Part shown: piece by piece, positions 44,408 through 56,917 of the stretch
Numbering within the stretch: the stretch's first letter is position 1
Layout: each line of letters starts with the position of its first letter
DNA from: an uncultured Verrucomicrobiae bacterium
Lineage (GTDB): Bacteria; Verrucomicrobiota; Verrucomicrobiia; Chthoniobacterales; UBA10450
DNA: 64,000 bases
NCBI GenBank assembly: GCA_963772365.1
Contig: CAVYXA010000001.1
Span: 1 to 64,000 of the forward strand
Direction: 5' to 3'
Translations under genes and position numbers: made by a program
The notes under the pieces: model-generated
The model's database searches: none
Seen by the model: the letters and a program-made list of their open reading frames with translations, nothing else
What the model was told of the DNA's origin: nothing

Positions 44408-45341
44408 TCAGCGGGTGAGGGCGGGACCGACTTCGTCGCCGAAGCGGGCCATCTGGTCGCACAGCTCGTCGATCGAGCGCGTGGCGAAGCGGAGCTGCAG
44501 GTGCGAGATGCCGAGCGCGCCGTACTCGTTCAGCTTGTCGGCGAGGTACGCCGGTGAACCGCTGCGGGTGTACGGCGGGAGATCCCAGTCCGCATCGCCG
44601 ACGTAGAGGTACTCGGTGATCATCCCGACCTCGACCGGCTCGCCCGGGCGCACCTTGTCGCGGTGCTCCTCGAGGTAGGCGATCGACTCGGGCATGAGCT
44701 TCTTCGGGGTGCCCTGCGGGATCCAGCCGTCTCCGCGCTCGGCGACGCGCCGCAGGGCCGGCTTGGACGAGCCGCCGATCCAGACGGGGGGCCGCGGCTG
44801 CTGCGCGGGCCGCGGCCGGAGGCCGACGTCACCGACGAACTCGTTGGTCCACGCGTCGAGGATCCCGTCGATCGCCTCGTTCGTGAGCCGGCCGCGGTCT
44901 GCGAAGGAGACACCGAGCGCGTCGAACTCCCCTTCGACGTGACCCGCGCCGACGCCGAGGATCACCCGCCCACCCGAGAGGTGATCGAGCGTGCCGAAGG
45001 CCTTCGCCGTCTCGAGCGGGTGGCGGTACGCGGCGACGTAGACGTTCGTCATGAGCCGCGTCTGCGTGGTCTGACCGGCGATCCACCCGAGTGTCGCGAC
45101 GGGGTTGAACCACGTCGTCGACATCGACTTCGGCCTTCTCGCGCGGGATCGCGACGTGGTCGCAGATCGCGACGTAGAAGAACCCGGCGCCGTCCGCAGT
45201 GACCGCGGCGCGCCGCAGGTCGTCGACGGTCGCGTCCTTCTCCCACGGCATCGACGTGTTGATGCTCAGCGCCTGGACCGGCAGCTGGATGCCGTAGACC
45301 AGCTTCCCGGCAGGGATGACCGAGACCGTGCTGACGCTCAT
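44408..45341 (-). CDS. LLM class F420-dependent oxidoreductase (Rv2161c-like); one frameshift
   Basis: CDHVAIP, YRHPLETAKAFGTLDHLSGGRVILGVGAG, RGDGWIP. Confidence 0.88.
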
Positions 45342-46474
45342 GCGGCTCCCACCTGCGCTTCTCGCTGCCGGGTCGTCGAGTGGACCGGATCCGGGTCGAA
45401 CGCGGGGATGACCTCGCGCCCGAACGTCTCGATGGACTCCTGCGCGACCTCGAGCGGCAACGTGTTGTTGAGGATGCCGAAGATCAGCTGGTCCGCGCCG
45501 GCATCGCGCCACCGCTCCACCGATCGGGCGACGTCCTCCGGCGTGCCGACGCTGCGCCGACCCTCGTCGACGGATGCGCGCAGCTCGTCGAGGCTCGGCT
45601 CGGCGACGCTGAAGCTCTCGCGGTCGATGTCGACCGGGAGCGGGATCGAGTCGAGCCACCGCACGACGAGCGACTGGTACTTCGCCGCGCCCATGTTCAG
45701 GAACTGGTCGCAGCGCGCGATCGCGGTCGTTGAGGCAGAGCAGCATGCTCACGCACGCGACGTTGTCGTTGACGTACGCGCCGACCGGCTCGGTGCAGCT
45801 GCTGACCGCGTTCTTGTAGGACTCGATGAGAGGCGCGAGGTCCTCGGGGTCGCCCATCGTGAAGCACAGCGCGCCCATGCCCGAGCCGCCCGGCCTTCTC
45901 GAAGGTCGACGGGCTCCCGCACGCGAGCCACAGCGGGGGGTGCGGCACGGTCCACGGACGCGGCAGCACCGGTTCTCGACGGCATCGAGAAGCCGCGACC
46001 GTCGTGCTCGTACGGCGCTTCGCGCAGGATCCGGACGACCTCCGGGAGCGCCTCGTCGAAGAGGTCGCGGGTCGTCTCCGGGTCCGGGATGCCGAAGCCC
46101 TGGTACTCGGTGCTGGACGATCCGCGCCCGGTGCCGAACTCGAAGCGACCGTTGCTCAGGTGGTCGAGCATCGAGACGCGCTCGGCCACGCGCGCCGGGT
46201 GGTTCACCGGCGGCGTCAGGTTGAAGATGCCCGACCCGAGGTGCACGCGCTCGGTCTGGCCGGCGACGTAGCCCATGAGCACCTCGCTCGCGGAGACGTG
46301 CGAGTACTCCTGCAGGAAGTGGTGCTCGGTGAACCAGGAGTACTTGAAGTCGTTCCGGTCACCGGTGACCGCGACGGCGGCCTCGTCCAGCAGCCGCCGG
46401 TGCTCGAGGCGGCGTTGCTGGTCGGCCGTCGGCTGGTCGGGCACGTGACCCGAGTGGAAGATCCCGAATTCCAT
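45338..46474 (-). CDS. LLM class flavin-dependent oxidoreductase; frameshifted
   Basis: MEFGIF, TEHHFLQEYSH, HPARVAERVSMLDHLSNGRFEFGTGRG. Confidence 0.88.
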
Positions 46475-46489
46475 GACGGTGCGCGCCGC

Positions 46490-47973
46490 TCAGCCCGGCC
46501 AGACGACGGACTGCAGCTCGGTGTACGCGTGCAGCCCGAACGAGCCGCCGTCGCGACCGATGCCGCTGTGCTTCGTGCCACCGAACGGCGTCTCCTGGTT
46601 GCGCTGCACGGTGTTGATCCCCACGTTGCCGGCCCGCAGCCGCCGCGACACCCGCATCGCGCGGCCGGTGTCCTTGCTGAACACGTAGTCGTAGAGGCCG
46701 AACTCGGTGTCGTTGGCGATCGCGATCGCCTCCTCCTCCTCGTCGAAGGGAACCACGACGATCACCGGACCGAAGATCTCCTCCTTGACGACCTTCATGT
46801 CGGTCCGGCAGTTCGCGATCAGCGTCGGCTCGAGGTACCAGCCCTTCTCCAGGTGCGACGGGACGGTTGCCGCCGGCGACGACCTCGCCGCCCTGCTCCC
46901 GGCCCGACGCGACGTAGCCCTCGACCCGGTGCAGGTGCGCCTCGGTGATGAGCGGACCCATCACCGTGTCCTGCTCGAGCGGGTCCCCGACCTTGAGCAT
47001 CCCGGCCATCTTGGCCAGACCCCCGACGACCTGGTCGTAGACCGAGCGGTGCACGATGGCCCGGGTCGGGGCGGTGCAGATCTGCCCCGAGTGGAACGTC
47101 CACACGGAACCGATCATCCCGATCGTGGACTTCAGGTCCGCGTCGTCGAACACGATCGCGCCACCCTTGCCGCCGAGCTCGAGCAGCTGCCGCTTGAGGC
47201 CGCGGCCCGCGGTCTCACCGATCTGCATGCCGACGTTGGTCGAGCCCGTGAAGCTCACCATGTCGATGTCCGGCGACTCGACGAGGGCCTGACCCGAGAC
47301 CGGGGTCGAACCGGTGACGATGTTCACGACGCCGGGCGGGAAGCCGACGTCCTCGAGCAGCTTGACGATCTCGATGACGGCGAGCGGGTCCTGGCCCGCG
47401 GGGCGCACGACGACGGTGTTGCCCATCGCGAGCGCGGGGCCGAGCTTGCCGACCATGTTGACGATCGGGAAGTTGTACGACGTGATGCACGCGACCGCTC
47501 CGACGGGCGCCCGCCGGGCGAGCGCACCCATGAGACCGCCGGGCGCGAGCGGTGTTCCCTGCACCTCCTGGGGCGCGAGCGGGATGACGCGCGGACTCCA
47601 TCGCGCCCGCGGCGTAGCGCTCGAAGCGCGCGGCGGCGGTCGGGACCTGCATGGACTTCGCGACCATCGTCGTCGCGCCGGTCTCCTCGATCACGAGCGG
47701 TACGAAGTCCGGGACGCGCTTCTTCAGCTCGTCGGCCGCGGCCTGCAGGAGCGCGCGCGCGCTCGGCGGGCTTCGTCTGCGACCACGACGGGGAACGCTT
47801 CCTGGGCCGCCGCGGCTGCAGCGCGCGGCCTGGTCGGCCGACGCCTCGGGCGCGTCGGCGACGACTGCTTCGGTCGCCGGGTTCACGATCGGATAGGCGC
47901 CGTCGCCACCCGGCACCCACTCGCCGCCGATCAGCAGCTGGTAGGTGTCGTCACCGGACAGGGTCGTTCTCAA
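46490..47973 (-). CDS. Aldehyde dehydrogenase; frameshifted
   Basis: ITSYNFP, SFTGST, LELGGKG, HSGQICTAP, EEIFGP, PFGGTKHSGIGRD. Confidence 0.9.
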
Positions 47974-48027
47974 GGTCGCTCCCCCTCGGGGCCACTGGAC
48001 GGCTGCATCGGGCCCGCCCGCCAAGAC

Positions 48028-48041
48028 TAGAACAGGTTCTC
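48028..48041. promoter_or_regulatory. KstR-like operator
   Basis: TAGAACAGGTTCTC versus TnnAACnnGTTnnA (last base differs), in a divergent intergenic region. Confidence 0.55.
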
Positions 48042-48111
48042 TTTTGGGATCCACCGACGGAGGGCGGCGCCAGGAGCGACCGTCGACCTGTGGCTGGCCC
48101 AGAATGGCGTG

Positions 48112-48995
48112 ATGGAGCTCGGACGCGTCGGGATCTGGACCGGCAGCCTCGACGCCCAGCCGATCGGGCGCGTGCCCGAGATCGCGGCCGAGCTCGAGGA
48201 GCTCGGGTACGACGCGCTGTGGCTCCCGGAGATGGCGGGGCGCGACCCCTTCGTGAACGCCGCGCTCATCCTCGCCCGCACCGAGCGGATCATCGTCGCG
48301 ACGGGCATCGCCACGATCTACGGCCGCGACCCGGTCGCCATGGCATCGGTCTGGAAGACGCTCACCGACGCGTTCCCGGACCGCTTCCTGCTCGGGCTCG
48401 GCGTGAGCCACCAGGTCGCGGTCGAGGGCATCCGGAAGCACGAGTACGGCCCGCCGCTCACCGCCATGCGCGAGTACCTCGACGGGATGGACGCGGCGCC
48501 CTACTTCGCCACACCACCCGCGGCCGAACCCGTCCGCGCGCTGGCCGCCCTCGGCCCGAAGATGCTCGCGCTCGCGGCGGACCGCGCGGTCGGTGCACAT
48601 CCGTACTTCGTCCCGGTCGCGCACACCGCGATCGCCCGAGAGGTGATGGGACCGGATGCCTGGCTGATGCCCGAGCAGATGGCCGTGCTCGAGACCGACG
48701 CGACCAGCGCGCGCGAGACTCGCCCGGCTCGCGATGGCGATCTACCTCACCCTGCCGAACTACGTGAACAACCTTCGCCGCCTCGGCTGGACCGACGAAG
48801 ACCTCACGGATGGTGGCAGCGACCGTCTGGTCGACGCGATCGTGGTGTGGGGCGACGAAGCCGCGGTGCGCGCCCGGGTCGACGAGCACTACGCCGCCGG
48901 AGCCGACCATGTCTGCGTGCAGGTGCTCACCGGAAGCTCGCGCCGAGCTGCCGATGGCCGCGTGGCGTCGATTGGCCCCGGCATTGTTCGGGTAG
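48112..48995 (+). CDS. LLM class F420-dependent oxidoreductase (MSMEG_4141-like); frameshifted
   Basis: LGRVGIW, RFLLGLGVSH, AALGPKML, GAHPYFVP, GADHVCVQV. Confidence 0.88.
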
Positions 48996-49043
48996 CCCGT
49001 CGCGACGGCACTAGCCGTGGATCTCCACGACCGGGAGAGACTG

Positions 49044-50289
49044 ATGAGCAAGGACCGCTGGGCCGAGATCCTCGGGTACCTCGCGGATGCCGCCGACGAC
49101 GTCGGGCTCGACCCGGACATCCACCGGCGCCTCGAGAGCCCGAGTCGCGTGCTCGAGGTGTCCGTGCCGGTCCGGATGGACGACGGGTCGCTCGAGGTCT
49201 TCACCGGTTGGCGCGTGCACCACGACACGACCCGCGGGCCGGGCAAGGGCGGGATCCGCTTCCACCCCAAGGTCGACGCGCGCGAGGTGACGGCACTGGC
49301 GGCGGAGATGACGTTCAAGACCGCGGTCATGAACCTTCCGTTCGGTGGCGCGAAGGGCGGCGTCCGGTGTGATCCCACGACGATGTCGCTCGGGGAGCTC
49401 GAACGGCTCACCCGCCGGTACACGTGGGAGATCATGCCCCTGCTCGGGCCGGACAAGGACGTCCCCGCCCCCGACGTGAACACCGACGGGCGGGTCATGG
49501 CCTGGCTGATGGACACGATCTCGATGGCGCACGGCGAGGCGATCACCGCGTCGGTGACGGGCAAGCCGCTCGCGATCGGCGGCACCGCCCAGCACGCCGG
49601 TGGGACGGCGGCCGGCGTCGTGATGTGCGCGCGCGATGTCTTCGAAGAGCTGGGCCTCCCGCTCGTCGGCCGGCGCGCGGTCATCCAGGGGTTCGGCAAG
49701 GTCGGTGGTCCGCTCGCGTTCCTGCTGCACTCGGCGGGCATGCGGATCGTGGCCGTCAGCGACGTGCACGGCGCGGTCTCGAACCAGGGTGGGCTCGACA
49801 TCGCGGAGCTGTCGGACTTCGCGACCGAGCACGGGACGGTCGCGGGCTATCCCGGCGGCGAGCCGCTCGACGCGGCCGACATCTTCGCGATCGAGTGCGA
49901 GCTGGCGGTCCCCGCCGCGCTCGAGGGCGCGATCGACGCGGCGGTCGCACGGCGCTGCAGCATGCAGGTGATCGTCGAGGCCGCCAACGGCCCGATCACC
50001 TCCGAGGCCGATGCGATCCTGCACGAGCGCGGGGTCGTCGTCGTCCCCGACATCCTCGCCGAACGCGGGCGGTGTCACCTCGTCGTACTTCGAGTGGGCG
50101 CAGAACCGGCAGGGCATCGCCTGGCTCGACGGCGTTGCCGCGGAGCGCCTGCACCACTCGATGCATGACGCGTTCGCCCGGGTCTGGGCGTTCTCCCAGA
50201 CCCACAAGCTCTCCTTGCGCCGGGCTGCGTACGCCATCGCCGTCGAACGGGTCGGCGAGGCAATGGCCGTCCGCGGCCTCTTTCCCTGA
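49044..50289 (+). CDS. gdhA: Glu/Leu/Phe/Val dehydrogenase (glutamate dehydrogenase); one frameshift
   Basis: RGPGKGGIRF, PFGGAKGG, DVPAPDVNT, QGFGKVG, EAANGP, SYFEWAQN. Confidence 0.88.
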
Positions 50290-50293
50290 TCGC

Positions 50294-52200
50294 CTACGGC
50301 GCGCGCGGCCTGGATCCGTCGCCGCCGTGCGGGCTTCGCGATCGATCTCGGCACGGAGCGCGTCGGCGTCATAGGAACCGTGATGGCGGCGGCCGTTGAT
50401 GAAGAACGTCGGGGTGCCCGCCGCGCCGCTCATCTCCGCGCTCTCGACGTCACGCGTCGACCCGCAGCGCGTACTCGGCGCGGCATCGAGCTCGCCGTTC
50501 GAAGCGGTCGGGATCGAGCCCGATCTCGTTCGGCGTAGTCGACGCAGGTCGGCGTGACCCAGCGCGTCGCTGCCGGCGAACAGCCGGTCGTGCATCTCCC
50601 AGAACTTCCCGGCGCTCCCGCGACTTCGGCGGCCTCGGCCGCGATCTCCGCGTGCTCGTGGACATCGTCGAGCGGCAGGTGGCGGAACACGTAGCGCAGG
50701 TCGGCGCCGTAGGCCGCGCACGAGCTCGCGCACGATCGGGCTCGGCCTGCCCGCAGTACGGGCACTCGAAGTCGGCGTACTCGACCAGCGTGACCGGCGC
50801 GTCTTCGCCGCCGCGCACGTGGTCACGCTCCGGATCGACCGGGTCGGAGAGGTCGACGATCAGACGGCGCGAGGCCCCTGCGCCAGCGAGCCTGCTCCGG
50901 CAGGCGCGGGATGATCACCTTGAAGACCAGGACCAGCTCAGCAGCGGTCGCGACGATCGACGCGCCGAGGATCCCGAGCTTCGCTTCCTCGAGCCGCTGG
51001 CCGGTCGAAGGACGAGGTCCGCGATGAGCAACGCGACCGTGAAGCCGATCCCCGCGACGGTCGCCGCACCGACGAGCGGCGGCCAGGCCACCGTCAAGGG
51101 GAAGCCGACCGAGCCAGCGGCGGCTCCCGAGCCACGTCGCGGCCGTGATCCCGACGAGCTTCCCGACGACGAGCCCGACGATGATCCCGATCGTGATCGG
51201 CGACGACGCGGCCGCGCTCGAGCACCTCGCGATCGAGGGCGATGCCCGCGTTCGCCAGCGCGAAGACGCGGCACGATGACGTAGGCTCGTCCACGGGTCG
51301 ATGAGGTGCTGGAGCCGCTCGTTCGGTGAGACCGCCTGGCGCAGCACGGCGCCGGTCGATCGCGCGGACTGCCGGCGTCGGCTGCTCGCGGAAGCTGCCG
51401 CCAGAGACGTTGACCCGCTCCAGGTCGGCTCGCGCCGGCGGGTGGGCGGTGGCGAGGAGCCCGAGCGCGACGCCGGCGATCGTCGGGTGCACTCCCGACT
51501 CGACCATCGCGACCCAGATGCCGAGGGCGATGGTGAAGTACGCCGACGCCGTTGTGGATGCCGGCCCGACGCATCGCGATGACGACGGCGAAGAGTGCGA
51601 GGGCGACCGCGAGCGAGGCGAACGAGACCTCGTCGGTGTACGCGAGGGCGATGACCAGCAGCGCCACGATGTCGTCGACGATCACCAGCGTCAGCAGGAA
51701 CACGCGGATGCCGGGGCGGGCAGTCGGCGACCGACGAGCGCGAGGACGCCGAGCGCGAACGCGGTGTCCGTGCCCATCACGATGCCCCAGCCCTTCGCGC
51801 CGGGGTCACCGGCGTTAAAGGCGAGGTAGATCAACGCCGGCACGACCATGCCGCCGATCGCCGCGACGACGGGCGTCGCGAGCCGCCGCCGCTCCCGCAG
51901 CTCGCCCATGTCGAACTCACGGCGGATCTCGAGTCCGACGACGAAGAAGAAGAACGTCATCAGGCCGTCGTTGACCCAGTGCAGGAGGTCGAGCGACAGC
52001 TCGTGGTCGCCGAGCGGTGACCGACAGCTGCGTGTGCCAGAGCTCTTCGTAGCTCGCGCTCCACGCCGAGTTCGCCCACACGAGCGCGGCGACGGTCGCG
52101 CGCGAGCAGGACGATCGCGCTCGCGTTCGGGAGTCGCGACGAACGTCCGGAACGGTGCCGCCGCCCGGGCGCGGAGCGTCTGCGTGGCGACGTCGCTCAC
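50294..52200 (-). CDS. nhaA: Na+/H+ antiporter NhaA fused to a DsbA/thioredoxin-like domain; frameshifted
   Basis: [70 protein letters not shown]. Confidence 0.88.
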
Positions 52201-52229
52201 GGGGTCGAGGCTACCGGCGCCGCCGTTCG

Positions 52230-52854
52230 TCAGGCCCAGGCGGCGAGCACGGCTTCGGTCGTCGTCAGGGTGGCGACGAGCGCCAGCGTGTTCGCGACCA
52301 CTGCTTCGGCGTACTCGGCCGGAACGCCGGCCACCGCGTCCGTCGGCATCACGAATTGGTAACCGCGGTTCACCGCGTCGAACGCGAAGTTGGTCATGCC
52401 GATGTTCAGTGAGACGCCGACGCCCACGATCGTCGTGACGTCCAGGTTGCGCAGCATGGAGTCGAGCTGCGTCCCGGTCATCGGGTCCGAGTCCGTGGTG
52501 GCGCGGCAGCACGACATCCCCCGGATCGACCCCGATCGGCTCCGGCACCTGCACCGCCTCGCTCCCCGGCGAGAGCGGGACCGGCGACTTGCGCACCCCG
52601 AGGAACAGCCGGGCGTTCCGGTTGGCGCCCTTCAGGTCGTCGCGGGTCTCCGCGGTGCAGTGGAACACCGGCACACCGATCGACCGTGCCGCCGCCGCCA
52701 ACGCGGCGCAATGCGGGATCAGGCCGACGGCCGCCGCCGCGTCCGCGAGTGCGCGGGCAGCGCGGAGGGCTTCCCCACGACCCCGTTCTGCACCTCCTGG
52801 AGCACGAGCGCGGTGTGATCGGGGGCGACGAGCGCGCGGAGATCGAGTCGGCAT
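52230..52854 (-). CDS. Cysteine hydrolase / isochorismatase family; frameshifted
   Basis: [26 protein letters not shown]. Confidence 0.8.
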
Positions 52855-52858
52855 CGGC

Positions 52859-54549
52859 TCAGGCCTCGTCCTCGACGAACTGCGAGCGGCTCGCCATCGA
52901 GCAGCACCTGCTTCACGACCTTGCCCGATGCGTTGCGCGGCAGCGGCTCGGACCGGATGTCCCAGTGGGCCGGGACCTTGAAGTACGCGAGGGACTCGGA
53001 GCACCAGGCGGCCAGCTCCTCGGATCGGTGAGCGTCGCGCCGGACGCCGGCACGACGACGGCGCGCACCTCCTGGCCGAGCTCCTCGTGATCGACCGGAA
53101 CGACCGCCACCTCGGCGACGCCGGGGTGCTCCTCGAGCCGGTTCTCGATCTCGACCGGATAGATGTTCTCGCCGCCGCGGATGATCAGGTCGCGCCTCCG
53201 GGACGCGAGGTACAGCCGGCCGCCCTCGATCCGGCCGATGTCGCCGGTGCGCAGCCAGTGGCCCGGGCCGATCACCTCGGCGGTCGCCTCGGGGCGGCGC
53301 CAGTAGCCGGGCATGACCATCGGGCCGCGCAGGTGGATCTCGCCCTCCTCGCCTTCGGGCAACGGCGTGCCGAGCGGGTCGCGGATCTCGAGCTGGACCG
53401 TGGGCAGCGGACGGCCCGCCGACTCGGGGAACCGGTTGAGCTCGTCGCCGCTGTTCAGCGGTCGCGAGTGCGGCGCACTCGGTCTGGCCGTAGCCGACTC
53501 CCATCGACTGCCCGAGGTTCGGGAGCGCCTGCTTCGCCCGCCTTTGCAGCGCGGGCGAGAACGTCGAGCCGCCGCCTCCGCCGCTGCGCAGCGACGTGAG
53601 GTCGAACCGGTCGATCGCGGGATGGGTGACGACGCGGTGCAGCATCGTCGCGGTGTACGACCAGTGCGTGATCCGCTCGTCCTGGATGAGCTGCATCACC
53701 GTCGACCGGATCGAAGCGTCCCGACGGTCCAGATCGAACGCACGCCGCCGACGAGGTAGGCGACCGCGGTCATGTGCAGCCCGGACACGTGGAACAGCGG
53801 GGACGTGACGAGCTGGCACGCCGGCGATCGCGTCCGGGTCCGCGGGGTTGAGGATCGCCATGCCGCGCGCCGTGGAAGAACGAGAGGCCGAGCGCGGCGA
53901 TGACGTTGCGGTGCGTGTTGATCGCGCCCTTCGGGCGGCCGGTCGTGCCGCTCGTGTAGAGGATGACCGCGGGGTCGTCCTCCGCGATCGGCTCGTCGGG
54001 CAGCGACGCGTCGAGGTCGTGGTTCCACAGCGCATCGAAGTCGTCTTCGATCACGATCGTCGGGACGCCCGGGTCCGCGCCCTCGAGGCGGGCCAGGCGC
54101 TTCCGGTCCGCGACCAGCACCTTGGGATCCGAGTCCTCGATCCCGTAGCGGATCTCGGCGTCCGACCCACCAGCCGTTGAGCCCGACCGCGATCGCGCCG
54201 AGGCTGATCGTCGCCCAGAACGTGACGATCCACTCGGGGCAGTTCGCGGCGAGGATCGCGACCCGGTCGCCGGGACCGACGCCGTAGCGGTCCCGCAGAC
54301 GCCGCCGCGACGGACGCGACCGCCCGCTCGTGCTCCGCGAAGGTGATGACCCGGCGGTGCTCGCCGTCCGTGAAGATGAGGTACTCCCGGTCCCCGAAGC
54401 CGGTCGACGCGACGACGGCCTCACGGAGGTTGGGCAGCCGGCCCTTGAACACCGACATGCGCTCGCCGAGCACGTCGTCGTCGCACGACCTCGAAGAAGC
54501 CGCCGGGAGCCACGAGCTCGGCCTCGATGTTCGCCAGTGCCTCGGGCAC
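52859..54549 (-). CDS. Acyl-CoA synthetase (long-chain FadD-like); frameshifted
   Basis: [44 protein letters not shown]. Confidence 0.88.
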
Positions 54550-54917
54550 GCCCGTCGCCGGTTTCACCGGCGGGCGAGGCTACCGGTCGGGCGCCGCGTG
54601 CCTCCGAGAGTGGCCTCGTGGTCACGAGCTGTCGTCATGACGAATGGCACGCGTGCGAATGCGTCGGTGCATTCCGGTGTTTTCCCGAGAAAGTCGGCTT
54701 CGCGCTAGGAGACCGCGGGCCGGACGGGCCAGAATGGTGGAGCCCCCGGGAGCAGGGCCGCGGGCCTCCCTGCCCGGTCCGCCGGCTCGCCCCGGGGGCA
54801 TCTTCGCTCCCGACGCTCGTCGGCCCGCGTGCACGCCACCGCCCCAAGGGAGAGTCGGTGCGCCGACTTCGGCTCGCCGCGAGTGAACTTCTCGGCCCCT
54901 CCCGCCGATGCAGGGGT

Positions 54918-55800
54918 GTGACCGGCCGCATCTCCCCGAGCGCCGTGCTCACCACGGGCCTCTGCCTGGCCAGCGCCGCGTTCGTGCTCTGGGCGGTGCA
55001 GGTCGACCGCGTTGCAGCCGGGCCCGCTGCACGACGAGGCGCAGCGAGGTGCTGTCGGAGGCGCCCGTCGCAGCAGCGCGATGACGGACGCGCCTCGCGA
55101 AGGCGCTCGTCACCGTGCCCCCGGCGGCGTCGACCCCGGCGCGCTCAACGCGGCTCGGTCGACCGCGGTCGATGCGAGCAGCCGGAGTTCGTCGCCGCGT
55201 TCGCCGATGCGCTCGATCGGATCCAGGCCCACGTCGTCGACGGCACCCAGGGCCGATCACGCTCGACCCGGCACTGCGTGACCCAGGCAGTGCAGGCAGC
55301 CGCAGCGGTGACCCCTGCTCGCACGCCCGGCTCGCGGCCATGCCACCGCTCGCCTGCAGATACCGGACGACGAGGTCCCGGACCTCGCGCAGTGGGCCGA
55401 CCTCTGGACAGGTCGGTGCTGCGCGGCCTCGCGTTCTTCGGCACTCCTGCTCGCTGACCTACAGCGATGCTCCGCATCGAGCATCGGGTCTGGGCGCTCG
55501 GGCGCATCGGCCGATGGGCGATCGTCGTCGGCATCGGGATGCTCGCCCTGTTCTGGCTTGCTGCCGCGCGCGCTCTGGTGCGGCCGCTCGGCGGTTGGAT
55601 CGCGTCGGCGGTGCGTGTCGTCGCAGTCGGGCGAGTGCTCGTCCCGATCTCGCTCGTGCTGGTCGCCGCCGGCGCGCTCGCGGTCATCGGCGCGCACCGC
55701 TGGGACGCCCGGAACGACCGCCGCCTGCTCTCCGTGATCCCGGCGCGTCCGCCCGTCGCACCCGAACCCGGCCGCGGGACCCTGGGAGAGCCCGGTCTGA
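54918..55800 (+). CDS. Hypothetical membrane protein; frameshifted
   Basis: N-terminal TM, soluble middle, several C-terminal TMs (stitched across frames). Confidence 0.55.
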
Positions 55801-55815
55801 GTCCCGCGCGCCGCC

Positions 55816-56884
55816 CTACGCGACAGGCCCTCGGTCGCCGCCTCGGCCACCTCGGTGAAGCGGTCCCAGACCATCGCCGCCCACTGCGGGTCGTCGGGTG
55901 CGAACGCGGCGCGGAGCGCGGCCTTGATCGGACCTGCTTCCGGCCCGCGTGGGTCGGCGTGCGCGTGCAGCCACGCGTCGGCCCGCAGCGCGTTCGAGAC
56001 CTCGACGATGTCGACGGTCCCCCACTCGATCGCGACGCCCGTGATCTCGGGGCTCGTCGACCCACACGTCGAGCGCGTCGAGCACGTCGCCGCTCACGTC
56101 GGCCGACACCGACGTCCCCTCGCTCGGGCACCGTGTAGTCGCCGTACCAGTCGTCGAGCCGGTCCGTCCCGCCGCGTCCGGGTGGCTGGCGATGAGCTCG
56201 CCGACGCCGAACGGGCCGAGCCCGGTGTGCAGATCGAGGATCGCGGTGCGCTCCGCACCGGCGAGCGTGCTGCGCGGCGATCGACTCGAGCGTGCGCTGC
56301 GACCACACCGGGCGCGCCCCGCCGTAGAAGATCCCGGTCGGGTGCCGGTACTGGCCCGTGCGACACCGCGTCCTGCAGCCCGTCGAAGCCGTGCTCGGCC
56401 GGCGAACTCGAGCAGCTCGGTCGCGGTCGCCTGCTGGGTTGCCTCGTCCCAGGTCCGGCGGCACGAGCGCGTCGGCCAGCTGTGTCGTAGCCCGGGTTCT
56501 CCGGAATGGCCGCGCCGAAGTCGATGCAGTTGCGGTTGAGATCGACGTTGTCCTCGTTCACGCGCCGGATCCACGCGAACCCGTACGGGTTGATCGCGTG
56601 GATGAGCACGACCGCGAGGTCGTCGGGGACCGACGCACCCTCGGTCGAGCCACGTCGGTCTGGCACAACGAGCCGGCAAAGCCCTCGACGCCGTGCGTTC
56701 CCGAGATGACGAGCAGCCGGGTCGGCAGCGTCCGGGCGGCCGATCGACCGCGACGTCGGTCGCGAGCGACTCACCGCCGGGACCGGTCAGCGGATGGTCG
56801 TGGCTGCGTGAGCTGCGCGCGCCCGCGGCACGCGCCGCGTCGAGGAACCGGCCGCGCGCCTCGGTGTAGTCCTCGCGAGCGCAT
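55816..56884 (-). CDS. DUF2817 / M14-like metallopeptidase; frameshifted
   Basis: ISGTHGVEG, HAINPYGFAWIRRVNEDNVDLNRN, LDLHTGLG. Confidence 0.82.
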
Positions 56885-56917
56885 CCGGTCTGCCGGTGGT
56901 CGACTGGTCGCCGTCGG

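Noticed and set aside
54550..54917. Possible riboswitch or ncRNA in the long divergent intergenic region
   Set aside because: Only short GC-rich stems; no recognisable conserved RNA motif
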